57,190 nucleotides of DNA from Acidobacteriota bacterium (GTDB lineage Bacteria; Acidobacteriota; UBA6911). The notes beneath the pieces were generated by a model. The model saw only the letters and a list, made by a program, of their open reading frames with translations, searched no databases and had not been told where the DNA came from. Positions 1 to 9,685 of this stretch are shown one piece after another (positions within the stretch are counted from its first letter, which is position 1; every line of letters starts with the position of its first letter). A program made the position numbers and the translations under genes. The stretch is taken from contig QHZE01000454.1 in the NCBI GenBank assembly GCA_003225335.1, positions 1 to 57,190 on the forward strand. The letters are read 5' to 3'.

Positions 1-2826
1 ATCCTCCCGAAAATCGGCGACCTCCATCGCCTCGTGAAACGCAATCCCGATCCGAACCGCGCGCTCGCGCGCCGCGAGAACATAGCGATTTTCCCGGCTA
101 TCCTCCGCCTCGTCCGACGGCGCGCTCAGGTTTCTCGTGGCCGGAGTTTCTTGGGTCAGGCGCCGGAGCTCGTCATACTGGCGCTTCAAAATCCCGCTCC
201 AATCCTCCGCTGATTCCCGGGCCGGCGCTTGCAGAGGAACCGCCGCAGGTTTCAAAGCTTTGACGTCGATGCGGCGAACCAGGGGCGAGCTCGTCGCAAG
301 GAATTGTGAAACGATAGGGTACACGGGCTCCAGCCGGGTCCCCTTGAGGTCCGGCTCATTCCCTTTCTTCTTCCATTTCACGCGAGTCGAGAGAACCAGG
401 TGGTCTCTGGCGCGCGTCATCGCGACGTAAAGAAGCCGGATCAGTTCTGCCTCCTCTCGCTGTCTCTCCCGGAACAACAGCTCCTCCCAGTCCGGAGTCC
501 GGAACCCCAACTCTTTCCTTCCCGCCGCAACACCGTAGACTTTGTCCTGCGCCGAACCAGCCAGGAATCGCGGCGGTGTGGTGAGCTTCTTCAGCCCGAG
601 GCCCGCGACAACGACAATGGGAAAATCCAGGCCCTTGGCTTTGTGTATGGTCATCATGCGGACGGCATTGCTGCGCTCCTCCACGATCCGGCTTTCGTTC
701 TCGTCGAATTCCTCCTCGTCCGTCGCTGTAAGAAAGTCCGCCACTTCGGAAAATGTCCTGCCGGACTGCTGAGCGCGAACCGTGCGCGTGAGCTTTCCCA
801 AATTCGCCAGGGACTGAAATCCGCCGCGGCGCGACGCGAGAATCTCTCTCGCGCCCGTTTCGGCCAGCAGGATCTCGAAGGTTTCCGACGGAGGCCGATG
901 GTGACGCCGACTGTGCAGCTCGTGCAGGACCTGGTAGGGGCGATGCAGCCTCGACTCGGGCGCCGCCTGCAACCGGTAATCCAGAGGTTCTCCCGCGATG
1001 CGCGCGCGCAAGAGATCTTCATCCGAGAGACCGAAAAAGATCGAGCGCAGGGTGCCGTAGAGCGCCACCGTGTCGTTGGGATTCTCAATGGCCCGAAGCG
1101 CAGTTATCGCCGATGAAACCTCGCTGCGCGCATAGTAAAATTTTCCCCCTTCCAGGACGTGGGGAATGCCCGCGTCCCGAAGAGAGTCTTCGAACGCGTC
1201 CGCCCGGGTGAGGGCCGGAAGCAAAATGGCGATATCGGAGTAATCCGGGGGACGCCAGAGCCCGGTGGATTTGTCGTGCACCTTCCAGTGCTCGCTTGCA
1301 TAAATCGCGGATATCAACCGGCCGATGCAGGCGGCTTCCCCGCGTACGAGGTCCTTTGCGGAGCCGGCGCGGCCGCTTCCGTCCGGCTCATTTGCCAGGA
1401 CATGCACGGACGGAGGGCTGATCTCTTCCTGGCGCCAGCCGCTTCCGTGAAAGGGCAGATACGAGGGTTGGTACAGGCCGTCTTCGGGCCGGCTCATCAC
1501 CTGGCCGAAGAGCGAATCGACGAATTTGAGAATCGAAGGGACCGATCGGAAATTGGTGGTCAGCTCCAGCCGTTCCAGCGGCTGTCCCTCCAGGCCGGTT
1601 TTGGAAACGGCATCCATATAGGTTTCGATATCCGCTCCGCGAAATCGATAGATGGATTGCTTGGGGTCGCCCACGATGAACAAGCGGCCGGGAGCAGCCT
1701 GAAGCCCATCCGGGTCCTCGCGGTCCACGCGCGTGTCCGACAGGAGCTGGACGATCTCGAGCTGCACGGGATCGGTATCCTGGAATTCGTCCACCAGCAG
1801 CGTGACAAAGCGCTCGTGGAAGTAGCGCCGAACGGCTCGATGCCGCTTCAGCAGATCGCGGGCCGCCACTAACTGGTCGTCAAAGTCAAGCGCCGCTTCT
1901 TCTCTCTTCCGCCTTTCCCACTCGGGCAGAAACTCGGAGACCAGCCAGAGCACGACGTCACGAAACAGCCGCCGCCCGGCCGTGGTCGACAGTTCTTCGC
2001 GGAGCTCCACAACCCGCGCGATGAACTTCCGGACAAGATCGACGGTGGCCTTGCCTCCTGCCCATTTGTCCTTCGAGCCCGCGTTGCCGGGCTTTTCTGG
2101 AACGGCGCGTTCCCGAGGCCACGACCTCAGCCATTGCATTGCAGCCTCGAGTTTGACGGCGAGCCTGTCTTCGGCAACCCTCGCCCGCGGCAGGTAGAGC
2201 TTGCCTTCTTCGATTAGCGGCCGGATCCGTTCCGTGATTTCCTCGTCCGTCATTGCCGGCCTGGGCCGCCACTCGCGCGCTATTCGCGAATGGAGCCGCA
2301 AGGTCCTGGCGGTTTCACCAAGCCCTACCATGTTCAGACCCGCGCGCAGCGCGCGCTCGAGGAGCGGATGACGCTCCTGCAGCCTCTGGCCCAGCCAGGA
2401 CTCCCAGACCGTGCGGAAAAGCAGCTCGCTCTGCAATTCATCGAGGGCGGTGAAGCGCGGATCGAGGCCGGCCTCAACGGGTCTCTCTTTGAGAAGAGCC
2501 ACCGCGAAGGCATGTATGGTCGAGATCGCGGCGGTCTCGAGGTCCCGCAATGCCTGCCGTGCCCGCCCGGCTTCCGGGCGCGTCGCGCGCTGCTCGAATT
2601 CCTGCCGCAGCCGCACTTTCATTTCTCCCGCGGCTTTTTCGGTGAAGGTAATGGCGGCGATCGTCGAGAGCCGGACGGGAGGTCCGTCAGGCCCCTTTTC
2701 CAGCACCAGATGCAAAATCCGGTCGATTAGGATGCTGGTCTTGCCGGTGCCGGCAGAGGCCTCCACGGCGAAGGAGCGGTTCGTCTCGCGCGCGGCCCTC
2801 TCGCGATCGAGCTCGAGCGAGATCAT
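1..2826 (-). CDS. addA: AddA/UvrD-family ATP-dependent helicase/nuclease subunit A (C-terminus runs off the left edge)
   Basis: Not in the ORF track because no stop lies in the window. Manual translation from ATG 2826 gives MISLELDRERAARETNRSFAVEASAGTGKT (Walker A), LDFDDQL, LLVDEFQDTDPVQ (motif II) and FIVGDPKQSIYRFRGAD (motif III). ATGA overlap with the addB stop at 2823-2826. Confidence 0.92.
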   Translation of the reverse strand, partial: MISLELDRERAARETNRSFAVEASAGTGKTSILIDRILHLVLEKGPDGPPVRLSTIAAITFTEKAAGEMKVRLRQEFEQRATRPEAGRARQALRDLETAAISTIHAFAVALLKERPVEAGLDPRFTALDELQSELLFRTVWESWLGQRLQERHPLLERALRAGLNMVGLGETARTLRLHSRIAREWRPRPAMTDEEITERIRPLIEEGKLYLPRARVAEDRLAVKLEAAMQWLRSWPRERAVPEKPGNAGSKDKWAGGKATVDLVRKFIARVVELREELSTTAGRRLFRDVVLWLVSEFLPEWERRKREEAALDFDDQLVAARDLLKRHRAVRRYFHERFVTLLVDEFQDTDPVQLEIVQLLSDTRVDREDPDGLQAAPGRLFIVGDPKQSIYRFRGADIETYMDAVSKTGLEGQPLERLELTTNFRSVPSILKFVDSLFGQVMSRPEDGLYQPSYLPFHGSGWRQEEISPPSVHVLANEPDGSGRAGSAKDLVRGEAACIGRLISAIYASEHWKVHDKSTGLWRPPDYSDIAILLPALTRADAFEDSLRDAGIPHVLEGGKFYYARSEVSSAITALRAIENPNDTVALYGTLRSIFFGLSDEDLLRARIAGEPLDYRLQAAPESRLHRPYQVLHELHSRRHHRPPSETFEILLAETGAREILASRRGGFQSLANLGKLTRTVRAQQSGRTFSEVADFLTATDEEEFDENESRIVEERSNAVRMMTIHKAKGLDFPIVVVAGLGLKKLTTPPRFLAGSAQDKVYGVAAGRKELGFRTPDWEELLFRERQREEAELIRLLYVAMTRARDHLVLSTRVKWKKKGNEPDLKGTRLEPVYPIVSQFLATSSPLVRRIDVKALKPAAVPLQAPARESAEDWSGILKRQYDELRRLTQETPATRNLSAPSDEAEDSRENRYVLAARERAVRIGIAFHEAMEVADFRED

Positions 2827-5800
2827 TCTTCTTCCTCCAAAAGGCCGTCGACCATTCTCATCTGAACGAACCGCGAGACGGCAGGGTCGCCGGACTTTCT
2901 TTCCTCGCGCTGCGTACGGTCCTTTCCGCAAATCGTGAGATAGTCGCAGAATTCGCAATGTCCACCGGGGCGCACGCTTCCACTGGTCCGCGCGAAGAAG
3001 ACGCCTCCTTCGATCCCTTCGCCTATGACCTCGAGGACAGCAGGCAGATGGTCGATGGCTTCGGCAAGAACTTCCGCATCCAGGGAGCATGGGGCAGTCG
3101 CGCCGTCCTTGGGTTGGAGGTGCAGATACTCTCCCCGGACCTCCCGGACTGCGGAAAACTCAGGCAGAGCCGACAACGCGCCCCGGTACACGGCGATCTG
3201 CATTTTCTCTCCTCCCATAAGAGGCGTTTTCGGTTTTCCCGTCATCGTGGAGGGGAGCGAACCGACCTTGTAGTCCAGCACGCGCGCACGCGTCCCGTCG
3301 CGTGACAGATCCAACCGGTCGATCCTGCCCCGGAAGTCGAAGACGAAGTTTCCTGTCTCGGCCCGATAGGCGGGAGATTTCTGTTTGGGAGAAAAATCTC
3401 CAAACGGAAGCTCGAAATACGACGGCAGGAGGCCGTCCTGGAGCCTTGACAGTTCGTAATCGAGCCAGTTGTGCAGCATCTCGAGCAGGCGGTCCTGCTC
3501 GATCTCCCACAGAAGATCCGGAATGCCCGCCGGCCGCGCTTCGTTGAGGCGCCGGCGTGCATGACGATCCAGAGAAGCGAAAAGAGCTTCGCGTGCGGCG
3601 CCGAGGATCTGCTCGCCCGCAAACTCTACCAGGAATTTCTCCAAAATCTCATGGATCGCCTGACCGCGGTGCTGAGGTTCCATGCCTTCGGCACTTTCGA
3701 CCTCTTCCCACTTCTTGAGACCAAAGACTCGCTTGAGAAAAAAGAGATAGGGGCAACGGGCATATTCCTCCAGGCCGCTTGCAGATACCGGACCGGCCGA
3801 CGCCCCGAAGTTGGCGTCGATCCATCGCACGAGTGCAGGGTCTTGCAGCCGCCCATCGAAGGGGGTCAGGGCGCCTTTCCAGCGCGCGTGGTCAAATGCC
3901 TTCGGTTCCCTGAGGCGTTGAGGCTCCAGTTCCGCCAGCGCTTCCAACACGCGCCCTCCCGGAGCGAAAGCTGTTACCAGACGCAGCCGGATTTCCGCTT
4001 CGTCTACGGCGACTTCCTTTTCTGCCGGCGCTGGCGAATCCAGCCTCCGGAGGAAAAAGTCCGACGGTATCCGCTCGCGATCCGAGCTCTCATCCAGCCG
4101 GGACGCGATCAACACCAACCTTTTCTCGGCCGAGCGCGCCGCCATGTCGAACAGGAGTTTTTCTTCGTCCACTCTCAGGGACTTGAGCGGGAGCCTGCCT
4201 ATGCCGCGGCGCTCCTCGTCCAGCAGAAAAGGATCCTGGCGCAGTCTGGATGGAAACTTCCCTTCGTCCAGTCCGGGCACTATCACAAGAGGGAAGCGCA
4301 GGCCGCGAGATGCAGTGACAGACAGGACATTCACACCGCTCCTCTGGAAGCGGCCCTCCGGACGCGAAAGGGCGTCCATGGCGTCTTGCAGAGCATTGCC
4401 CATCTGCTCGCGCCCCACCCGGGGCTCGATGCCCGCGGTCCCGGCAATCACTTCCAAGGAACGGATCTCATCCAGGGCCGTGGTAAACGCCTGCCAGTCC
4501 TCCGAGCCGCCAAGCAGCGGTTCCAGGCGCTGTTCGAGCAGGGTCGCCCATTCTCCCCAGGGCAGCCGCTGCGGCCAGTCCGCCGAGGCGCCGCGCAGAA
4601 CGCCCCAAGCCCGGCGCAAGGCCTGCGCGGCCTCCAAGCGCTTTTGTGCCTGCGCCACGGAAAGCGCACGCTTTTCCGGATCCTCGTCGTCGGCCGGTTC
4701 GGAAGACCGGGTGGGGAGCTCCTCAGCCCGCTTCAACTCGCGCCAGCCATTTTTTATCAGCGCTTCCACGCCCAGGTTCCAGGACTGGACGCCGGATAGA
4801 AAAACCGGGTCGTTCGCGAGCGCCCGCCACTGAGGGATGTCCCAGGCAGCGGCCGCATCTTCCGGCAGCGCGGCTGCGATCCACTCCATAGCGCGGAATA
4901 TGGCCTGGCGGGGAAACGCATCGGCCTCCAGAGAGGCAATGGCCCTCACGGCCTGTGTCAACGGGCGCTGCGAAAGAGGGACGCCGCCGTGCAGATAGAA
5001 CGGGATCTTGCGCAGACGGAAAGCCTCCGACAGGATGGGAACCTCGCTCTCAGGCTGACGGAGCAATATGGCCGCTTCGTGGAAGCCGGAAATGACCCCG
5101 TCTCTGACGGCGCGGAGAATCTCACGCACGATTTCCACCGCAACCCGCGATTCCCCCGGAGCCAGGACAAGCATCAGAGAGCCTGCACGGATCCCCTGCG
5201 AAAACTTCGCATCGAATATTCCACCGCTCACGACGGAGCCGCGGCCGTCTGGGAGCGGACCCAGGGGCTCGGGCTTGACGGACAGCTCCTTTGCTCTGGC
5301 TTCCAGGAACGGCTTTGCGAAAACTGATGAAGCCTCGTCGCAGTAGGGAACGAAATAGATCAGCTCAAGACTTTCTTTGAGCGCATGCAGCAGATCCTCC
5401 TGCTGGCCGGTCACGTCGTAGATCCCGTAAATAAGAAGGTGGTCGCGGCCGAGAATATCCCGCGCACGCGGGGTATTGGAGAGCGCCTCGTGAAAATCGT
5501 CGTCCACGTCCCGAAAGAGATCGACCTTGCCTCTGAATTCCTGGAACAGGCGCGCGACTCCTTCCAGGTGTTCCTTGCGGTCCACCCTCGATTTCTCTGC
5601 TATCGCACGGTTCAGACCTTCGGGAGCGATGCCGGCGTCCCGGAGATCGCGAAAGGTGTCCAGCAAGGCGGCGCGAAACCCCGGATACGCGGAAATCTCC
5701 TTGAATACCGCCGGTCCGCCTTGCCTCAGGATTGTATCGAGAATAGAGCCAGGCCCCAGGCGCGGCAGCCTGGGCTTCTTCTGGTCCGGTGAAGCCGCAG

Positions 5801-6026
5801 CAAGGCTACCAGCCAAGTCCAGGAATGTGTAGAAGCGCAGATTGGCAGCGGCGCGTCCCTGCTCCGCGATGCGGTACTTGAGATACGAGGCCAGGACGTT
5901 GGAGCCCACAAGGAGGGCGACGGGCGCCAGTGGATCCTCCTTCTGTCGTGCGGCGATTTTCTCCAACAGGCGGCCTTCCAGAGCTTCAAACGGACCAGCA
6001 TAAATCTGGTGTTCCATCGCGCGCAT
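2823..6026 (-). CDS. addB: AddB-like inactive helicase plus PD-(D/E)XK nuclease with Fe-S cysteines
   Basis: RGLRFPLVIVPGLDEGKFP, SASGLEEYARCPY, RGQAIHEILE, RGRIDRLD..VLDYK, Q-x-x-x-Y and C-terminal CEFCDYLTIC. No intact Walker A. Start may be ATG 6017. Confidence 0.88.
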   Translation of the reverse strand: MRAMEHQIYAGPFEALEGRLLEKIAARQKEDPLAPVALLVGSNVLASYLKYRIAEQGRAAANLRFYTFLDLAGSLAAASPDQKKPRLPRLGPGSILDTILRQGGPAVFKEISAYPGFRAALLDTFRDLRDAGIAPEGLNRAIAEKSRVDRKEHLEGVARLFQEFRGKVDLFRDVDDDFHEALSNTPRARDILGRDHLLIYGIYDVTGQQEDLLHALKESLELIYFVPYCDEASSVFAKPFLEARAKELSVKPEPLGPLPDGRGSVVSGGIFDAKFSQGIRAGSLMLVLAPGESRVAVEIVREILRAVRDGVISGFHEAAILLRQPESEVPILSEAFRLRKIPFYLHGGVPLSQRPLTQAVRAIASLEADAFPRQAIFRAMEWIAAALPEDAAAAWDIPQWRALANDPVFLSGVQSWNLGVEALIKNGWRELKRAEELPTRSSEPADDEDPEKRALSVAQAQKRLEAAQALRRAWGVLRGASADWPQRLPWGEWATLLEQRLEPLLGGSEDWQAFTTALDEIRSLEVIAGTAGIEPRVGREQMGNALQDAMDALSRPEGRFQRSGVNVLSVTASRGLRFPLVIVPGLDEGKFPSRLRQDPFLLDEERRGIGRLPLKSLRVDEEKLLFDMAARSAEKRLVLIASRLDESSDRERIPSDFFLRRLDSPAPAEKEVAVDEAEIRLRLVTAFAPGGRVLEALAELEPQRLREPKAFDHARWKGALTPFDGRLQDPALVRWIDANFGASAGPVSASGLEEYARCPYLFFLKRVFGLKKWEEVESAEGMEPQHRGQAIHEILEKFLVEFAGEQILGAAREALFASLDRHARRRLNEARPAGIPDLLWEIEQDRLLEMLHNWLDYELSRLQDGLLPSYFELPFGDFSPKQKSPAYRAETGNFVFDFRGRIDRLDLSRDGTRARVLDYKVGSLPSTMTGKPKTPLMGGEKMQIAVYRGALSALPEFSAVREVRGEYLHLQPKDGATAPCSLDAEVLAEAIDHLPAVLEVIGEGIEGGVFFARTSGSVRPGGHCEFCDYLTICGKDRTQREERKSGDPAVSRFVQMRMVDGLLEEEE

Positions 6027-6043
6027 TTAACCAAACCCACCGG

Positions 6044-6345
6044 CAACTGACAACTAACAACAAAGAGCTGGCCGCGAATTACACGGTGCAGCCACAGCCA
6101 CAACCAAAAGCCTTCGCGATTCCTTTGCGCACTTAGCGACTTTGCCGTAAGACTGAGCCGGAGTTAACCGCGAAGACGCGAAGAGCGCGAAGGGTCGCCA
6201 AGAATTTTCCTGAAAGTGCAAGAATTGCTGGCTAGCGATAGCGAGTGAGCCTCATACCGCCGAGGGTAGGGAACCGCCGATGGACGCCGATCCACGCCGA
6301 TGAGCGGCGCCGAACATCGGCGTGCATCCGCGTTCATCGGCGGTT
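6044..6345. repeat. Cluster of short-period repeats and hairpins upstream of addB
   Basis: caactga-caactaa-caacaaa (6044-6064); ttcgcgatt...cgcgaagacgcgaag hairpin (6082-6192); aaccgccgat...atcggcggtt hairpin (6272-6345). Confidence 0.8.
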
Positions 6346-6854
6346 TCAAACAACTGCGCTTGTTCCATTTCTCTTTTATCAACCATGCCTCTCGGACGAA
6401 ATTTGACCATTTTGTGAACTTTGTGTCCACCAAGTGGACCTAGCCTGGCTGGCGGGGGCTGGCTTAATTTGGAGGGATTTCGCTGACATGGACCGCCGGC
6501 GAGAGAACAAATTCGTGAAATCCGCGGTAAGGCTTTCCGGAGTGGTCTCCGGAGGGCTAGCCTGCATGGTTAGTCCGTTAACTTACCCCTCGGACGGTTA
6601 GTTCGGTTGTGGAATTGAATCGCCCATCTCGAATGAAATATTATCTATGGCGTTCCCCCCCCGCTGTTGTGCGCAATGAGCGAAGTGTTTTTCAACTGAG
6701 AAACGTTGCGCCTCAAGTGAACAGAGTTTCGCAAAGACGGCGCCTTTGGCAGGTCGCTCCTGCAGGATGAGGTTCTGGCGAAGCGCGAAAGGTGGTCTTT
6801 CCCGTCTCGAATTGCGTTGCAAGAGCGGGACTCGACCGCCAAGGGTGAGTTGCA

Positions 6855-7499
6855 TTGATCACGGTTCTTTTGATACTTTCGGCGTTGAGCATTTTGACGG
6901 CTAGCCTCGTTTTTGGCGTCAAGACACGGGGAACTCCAAACGTAATGGGACAAGCGCACCCACCTGGCGAGCTGCCCACATTCCCTCCTATTCCACCTTT
7001 TGCGGTCGGCGTTACCCAGGTGACGGCGAGCGGCGTCTCCAAGACTCTCGCCGCCGGAAGGTACAGGAAGATCACAGCCAGCGAAGGGGCGAAGATTATC
7101 TTGACAGGGGGGACGTACTACGCCGATCAACTGGTACTGTCCGGAGGGTCCTCTCTTGTCCTGCCCGAGGACGTCAAGACAGTGCTCTTCATAAAATCGC
7201 GGTTGGACCTGTCCGAGGGATCGGTAACGAGCCCGAGCCGGAAACCGGCCTTTTTCCAAATCTTCTATGCGGGCGCCACGAAGGCAACCCTGTGCGGATA
7301 CGGCGGCTTCTGTGGCACGGTGTATGCCCCAAACGCGAAGCTGGAACTGAACAGCGCCAGTGAGTTTTATGGTTCCTTCACAGCGAACTCTCTTACCGCC
7401 AGCAGCGGGTCCCATATCCGCTGCACCGAGGGGCTTCTCCGCGACGTACAGAGTACCACGCCCGTCATGACGTGGGCGGGAACGCAGAGGAGTTATTAG
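6855..7499 (+). CDS. Exported beta-helix-like protein, resembles the PilX C-terminal / DUF7305-type domain
   Basis: TTG start after aagggtgag, N-terminal hydrophobic segment, and GTVYAPNAKLELNSASEFYGSFTANSLTASSGSHIRCTEGL, which matches the recalled VYAP..FYG....S.....HYDE pattern. Confidence 0.65.
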   Translation: MITVLLILSALSILTASLVFGVKTRGTPNVMGQAHPPGELPTFPPIPPFAVGVTQVTASGVSKTLAAGRYRKITASEGAKIILTGGTYYADQLVLSGGSSLVLPEDVKTVLFIKSRLDLSEGSVTSPSRKPAFFQIFYAGATKATLCGYGGFCGTVYAPNAKLELNSASEFYGSFTANSLTASSGSHIRCTEGLLRDVQSTTPVMTWAGTQRSY

Positions 7500-7539
7500 A
7501 TCTTCCTAAGAATGCGCGCTCTGCGTTCTCCTGGAGCGC

Positions 7540-7664
7540 AGGGATCCTGTTCACCACAAAGACATGTAACACGCGAAGAATCGCAAAGGATTTCTTCGCG
7601 TCTTCGCGCCTTGGTGGTGAGATTTTTTTGGTTGCGGCTGGGCTGTGTTCATCGGTGGTTTCAT
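7540..7664 (-). repeat. About 125-bp composite dispersed element, copy 1
   Basis: Reverse complement aligns by eye with 45801-45926: tgaaaccaccgat..cagccca..gcaaccaaaaa.atctcaccac..acgcgaagaaatcct.tgcgattcttcgcg..gtggtgaacaggat. Confidence 0.85.
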
Positions 7665-7685
7665 TTCGTAGTGTCTGGGCTGCGA

Positions 7686-8309
7686 TCATAGCTCACGGAG
7701 GATCGCACGGACCGGAGAGCCATCGAGCCCCGCGAGTCTCAGCGGCAGGCAGATCAACTCGTAGTCGCCGGGTCGCACGTCAGCCAACCGCGCTCCTTCC
7801 AGAATCGCCACGCCGTGCTTCAACAGTAGCTTGTGAGAAAGGAGTGTCTTGCTTTCGAACGCATCAATGGAAGGCGCATCCGTACCTACGAGGCGCAGAC
7901 CCCTCTTCCCCAGGAATTCCGCTCCATCCTCGCTCAGATAGACAAAACGGGGATCAAAATGCTCCTCCGCCCACCCGATGGTACGCGTCTTGAAAATTAC
8001 GCGGTCCACCCCCTCCCAGTTCAAACGTTCGAGATCGGGAACCGCAATCACCCGCTCGACTTCCATCGATACGACGCGCGCCGGACCCAGGTACTGTTCG
8101 AGGCAGACTGAAGCAATGTCGAGGCCGGAATCATCGAAATGAAAGGGGGCGTCGAGATGAGTGCCCGTGTGGGTACTCATGGTCACCCAAGATACGTTGC
8201 AAGAATCGCCTTTGCGGATTTGCATCGTCCAGTTCCGGTGGAATTCCTGGTCCCCCGGCCAAACTGCCATCCCCTCCCGTAGCGTCTGTGAAATGTCGTA
8301 GATCCTCAT
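7686..8309 (-). CDS. kynB: Cyclase-family protein / kynurenine formamidase
   Basis: HTGTHLDAP metal motif, VGTDAPSID, ILEG; directly downstream of the kynureninase-like gene. Confidence 0.85.
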   Translation of the reverse strand: MRIYDISQTLREGMAVWPGDQEFHRNWTMQIRKGDSCNVSWVTMSTHTGTHLDAPFHFDDSGLDIASVCLEQYLGPARVVSMEVERVIAVPDLERLNWEGVDRVIFKTRTIGWAEEHFDPRFVYLSEDGAEFLGKRGLRLVGTDAPSIDAFESKTLLSHKLLLKHGVAILEGARLADVRPGDYELICLPLRLAGLDGSPVRAILREL

Positions 8310-8324
8310 GAATCCCTGTTCGAC

Positions 8325-8412
8325 GGATTGCGGATTGGCGATTGCAGGATTGCGGATTTAATGGAAAGCCTCGATTACGACAATCCGAAATCCGCAATCC
8401 GAAATCCGCAAT
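8325..8412. repeat. GGATTGC / AATCCGC heptamer hairpin
   Basis: ggattgcggattggcgattgcaggattgcggatt ... caatccgaaatccgcaatccgaaatccgcaatt between kynU and kynB. Confidence 0.9.
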
Positions 8413-9576
8413 TCAAAAGGCTCTGGTGTCGATGATCCGGCGGATCTCTTGTACTACCGCCTCGAGTTCTTCGTCCGCCGTGTAGAAATGAGGCGAGATT
8501 CGGATCCCTGCGCCGGGCCGAAAATCCACCAGGTACTGACGGCGCACCAACTCGCGCGAAATCTCGTAGGCGTGCGGCGTATTGACCGCGACCGTTCCGC
8601 CGCGCCGTTCCGCCTCTTCGGGAACGTTGACGGTAAAACCCTCACCGCGCGCCAGCTCGATCAGCCGGGCCACCTGGCGCCGAGACTTCTCCCGGATCGC
8701 CTCGACCCCGATCTTTCCGACAATCTCCAGGCCCGGGCGGGCCCCATAGAGACAGGGAATCTGCGGCGTCCCGTTGAGAAATCGGAAGGCGTCATCGCGA
8801 AATTGCATATCTCCGATCTGGAAGGCGAACGGGTCCCGATGCGCCATCCATCCGGTCAAGCGCGGGCACAGCGTCGCGCGCAGCTCGGGCCGCACGTAAA
8901 GGAAGGCGGCCCCCGGCCCTCCGCAAAGCCATTTCAAGCAGCCTCCTATCGCAAAATCCACGCCCCATTCTTTCACGTTTACGGGAACCGCCCCCGCGGA
9001 CTGGTACACATCGAGAACGACATAGGCGCCGGCTTCGCGCGCGCGTCTCACGATGGCCTCGGCATCCATGACGCATGCGGTCCGAAACAAGACGTGGCTC
9101 ACCGGCACCAGGAGAGTCCGCTCATCGATGGCGTCGAGAAGACGCGAGAGGTCCACGCCGATGCCGTCTTCAGATCTTACGATGCAGATCTCCGCACCTT
9201 CGGATTTTTGGGCGTGGCAGAGATACGTCACGGAAGGGAAGTCCATGTCCGTAAGGACGATCTTCCGCCTGGGACCGCGAAAATCGAAACACGAAAGAAC
9301 GATCGCTTCCGCGATGGTCACGTTCGGATGAAAGGAGACTTCCCCCGGATTTGCGCCAATAATCGGAGCGACCAGATCGCCCATACGGACAGGCATCTCC
9401 CACCAGGAATCCGACCACGCCTCGACTCCCCGGCTTGACCACGCGTCGGCGTACTCCTTCAAGGCAGTATAGGCCGCTTGGGGCATGGCGCCGAGGGAGT
9501 TACTGATCAGGTAGGTGCACTTTTGCAAAATGGGGAATTCCGGCCGCCATTTCAGCAGCATGTCATCCGGCATCAT
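8413..9576 (-). CDS. kynU: Kynureninase-like PLP enzyme (aminotransferase class V)
   Basis: YLISNSLGAMP, LDVYQSAG, GGCLKWLCGGPG (PLP Lys), GWMAH, DFRPGAGIRISPHFY. GGAGG precedes ATG 9576/9573; the track start at 9585 is TTG. Confidence 0.82.
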   Translation of the reverse strand: MMPDDMLLKWRPEFPILQKCTYLISNSLGAMPQAAYTALKEYADAWSSRGVEAWSDSWWEMPVRMGDLVAPIIGANPGEVSFHPNVTIAEAIVLSCFDFRGPRRKIVLTDMDFPSVTYLCHAQKSEGAEICIVRSEDGIGVDLSRLLDAIDERTLLVPVSHVLFRTACVMDAEAIVRRAREAGAYVVLDVYQSAGAVPVNVKEWGVDFAIGGCLKWLCGGPGAAFLYVRPELRATLCPRLTGWMAHRDPFAFQIGDMQFRDDAFRFLNGTPQIPCLYGARPGLEIVGKIGVEAIREKSRRQVARLIELARGEGFTVNVPEEAERRGGTVAVNTPHAYEISRELVRRQYLVDFRPGAGIRISPHFYTADEELEAVVQEIRRIIDTRAF

Positions 9577-9600
9577 CCCCTCCAAATAATGATCGAAACC

Positions 9601-9680
9601 TCTTCGTGGTTCTTCGTGCCTTCGCGTCTTCGTGGTGGATTGTGTCCGGTCCTTACCACGAAGACGCGAAGGCGCAAAGA
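9601..9680. repeat. TTCGCGTCTTCGTGG / CCACGAAGACGCGAA hairpin
   Basis: Inverted arms seen directly between the exported-protein gene and kynU. Confidence 0.85.
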
Positions 9681-9685
9681 ATTGC

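Noticed and set aside
400-1872. Plus-strand ORFs 400..1116 and 1159..1872 (also 3471..4799)
   Set aside because: Antisense shadows of addA/addB; no motifs. The minus-strand frame has clear helicase and nuclease motifs.
3900-4080. Possible internal deletion in addB near FFLRRLDSPAP
   Set aside because: The segment looks abrupt but the frame is intact and I cannot verify it without an alignment.
6400-6855. c-di-GMP-I riboswitch or sigma-54 promoter upstream of the pilin-like gene
   Set aside because: GCAAAG is present but the GGCAAAC/GAAA/GACGCAAA arrangement is not; GG-to-GC spacing in tggcaggtcgctcctgc is 12 nt rather than 10.
6645-7415. Minus-strand ORF of 256 aa
   Set aside because: Antisense to the better-supported plus-strand exported protein; no motifs.
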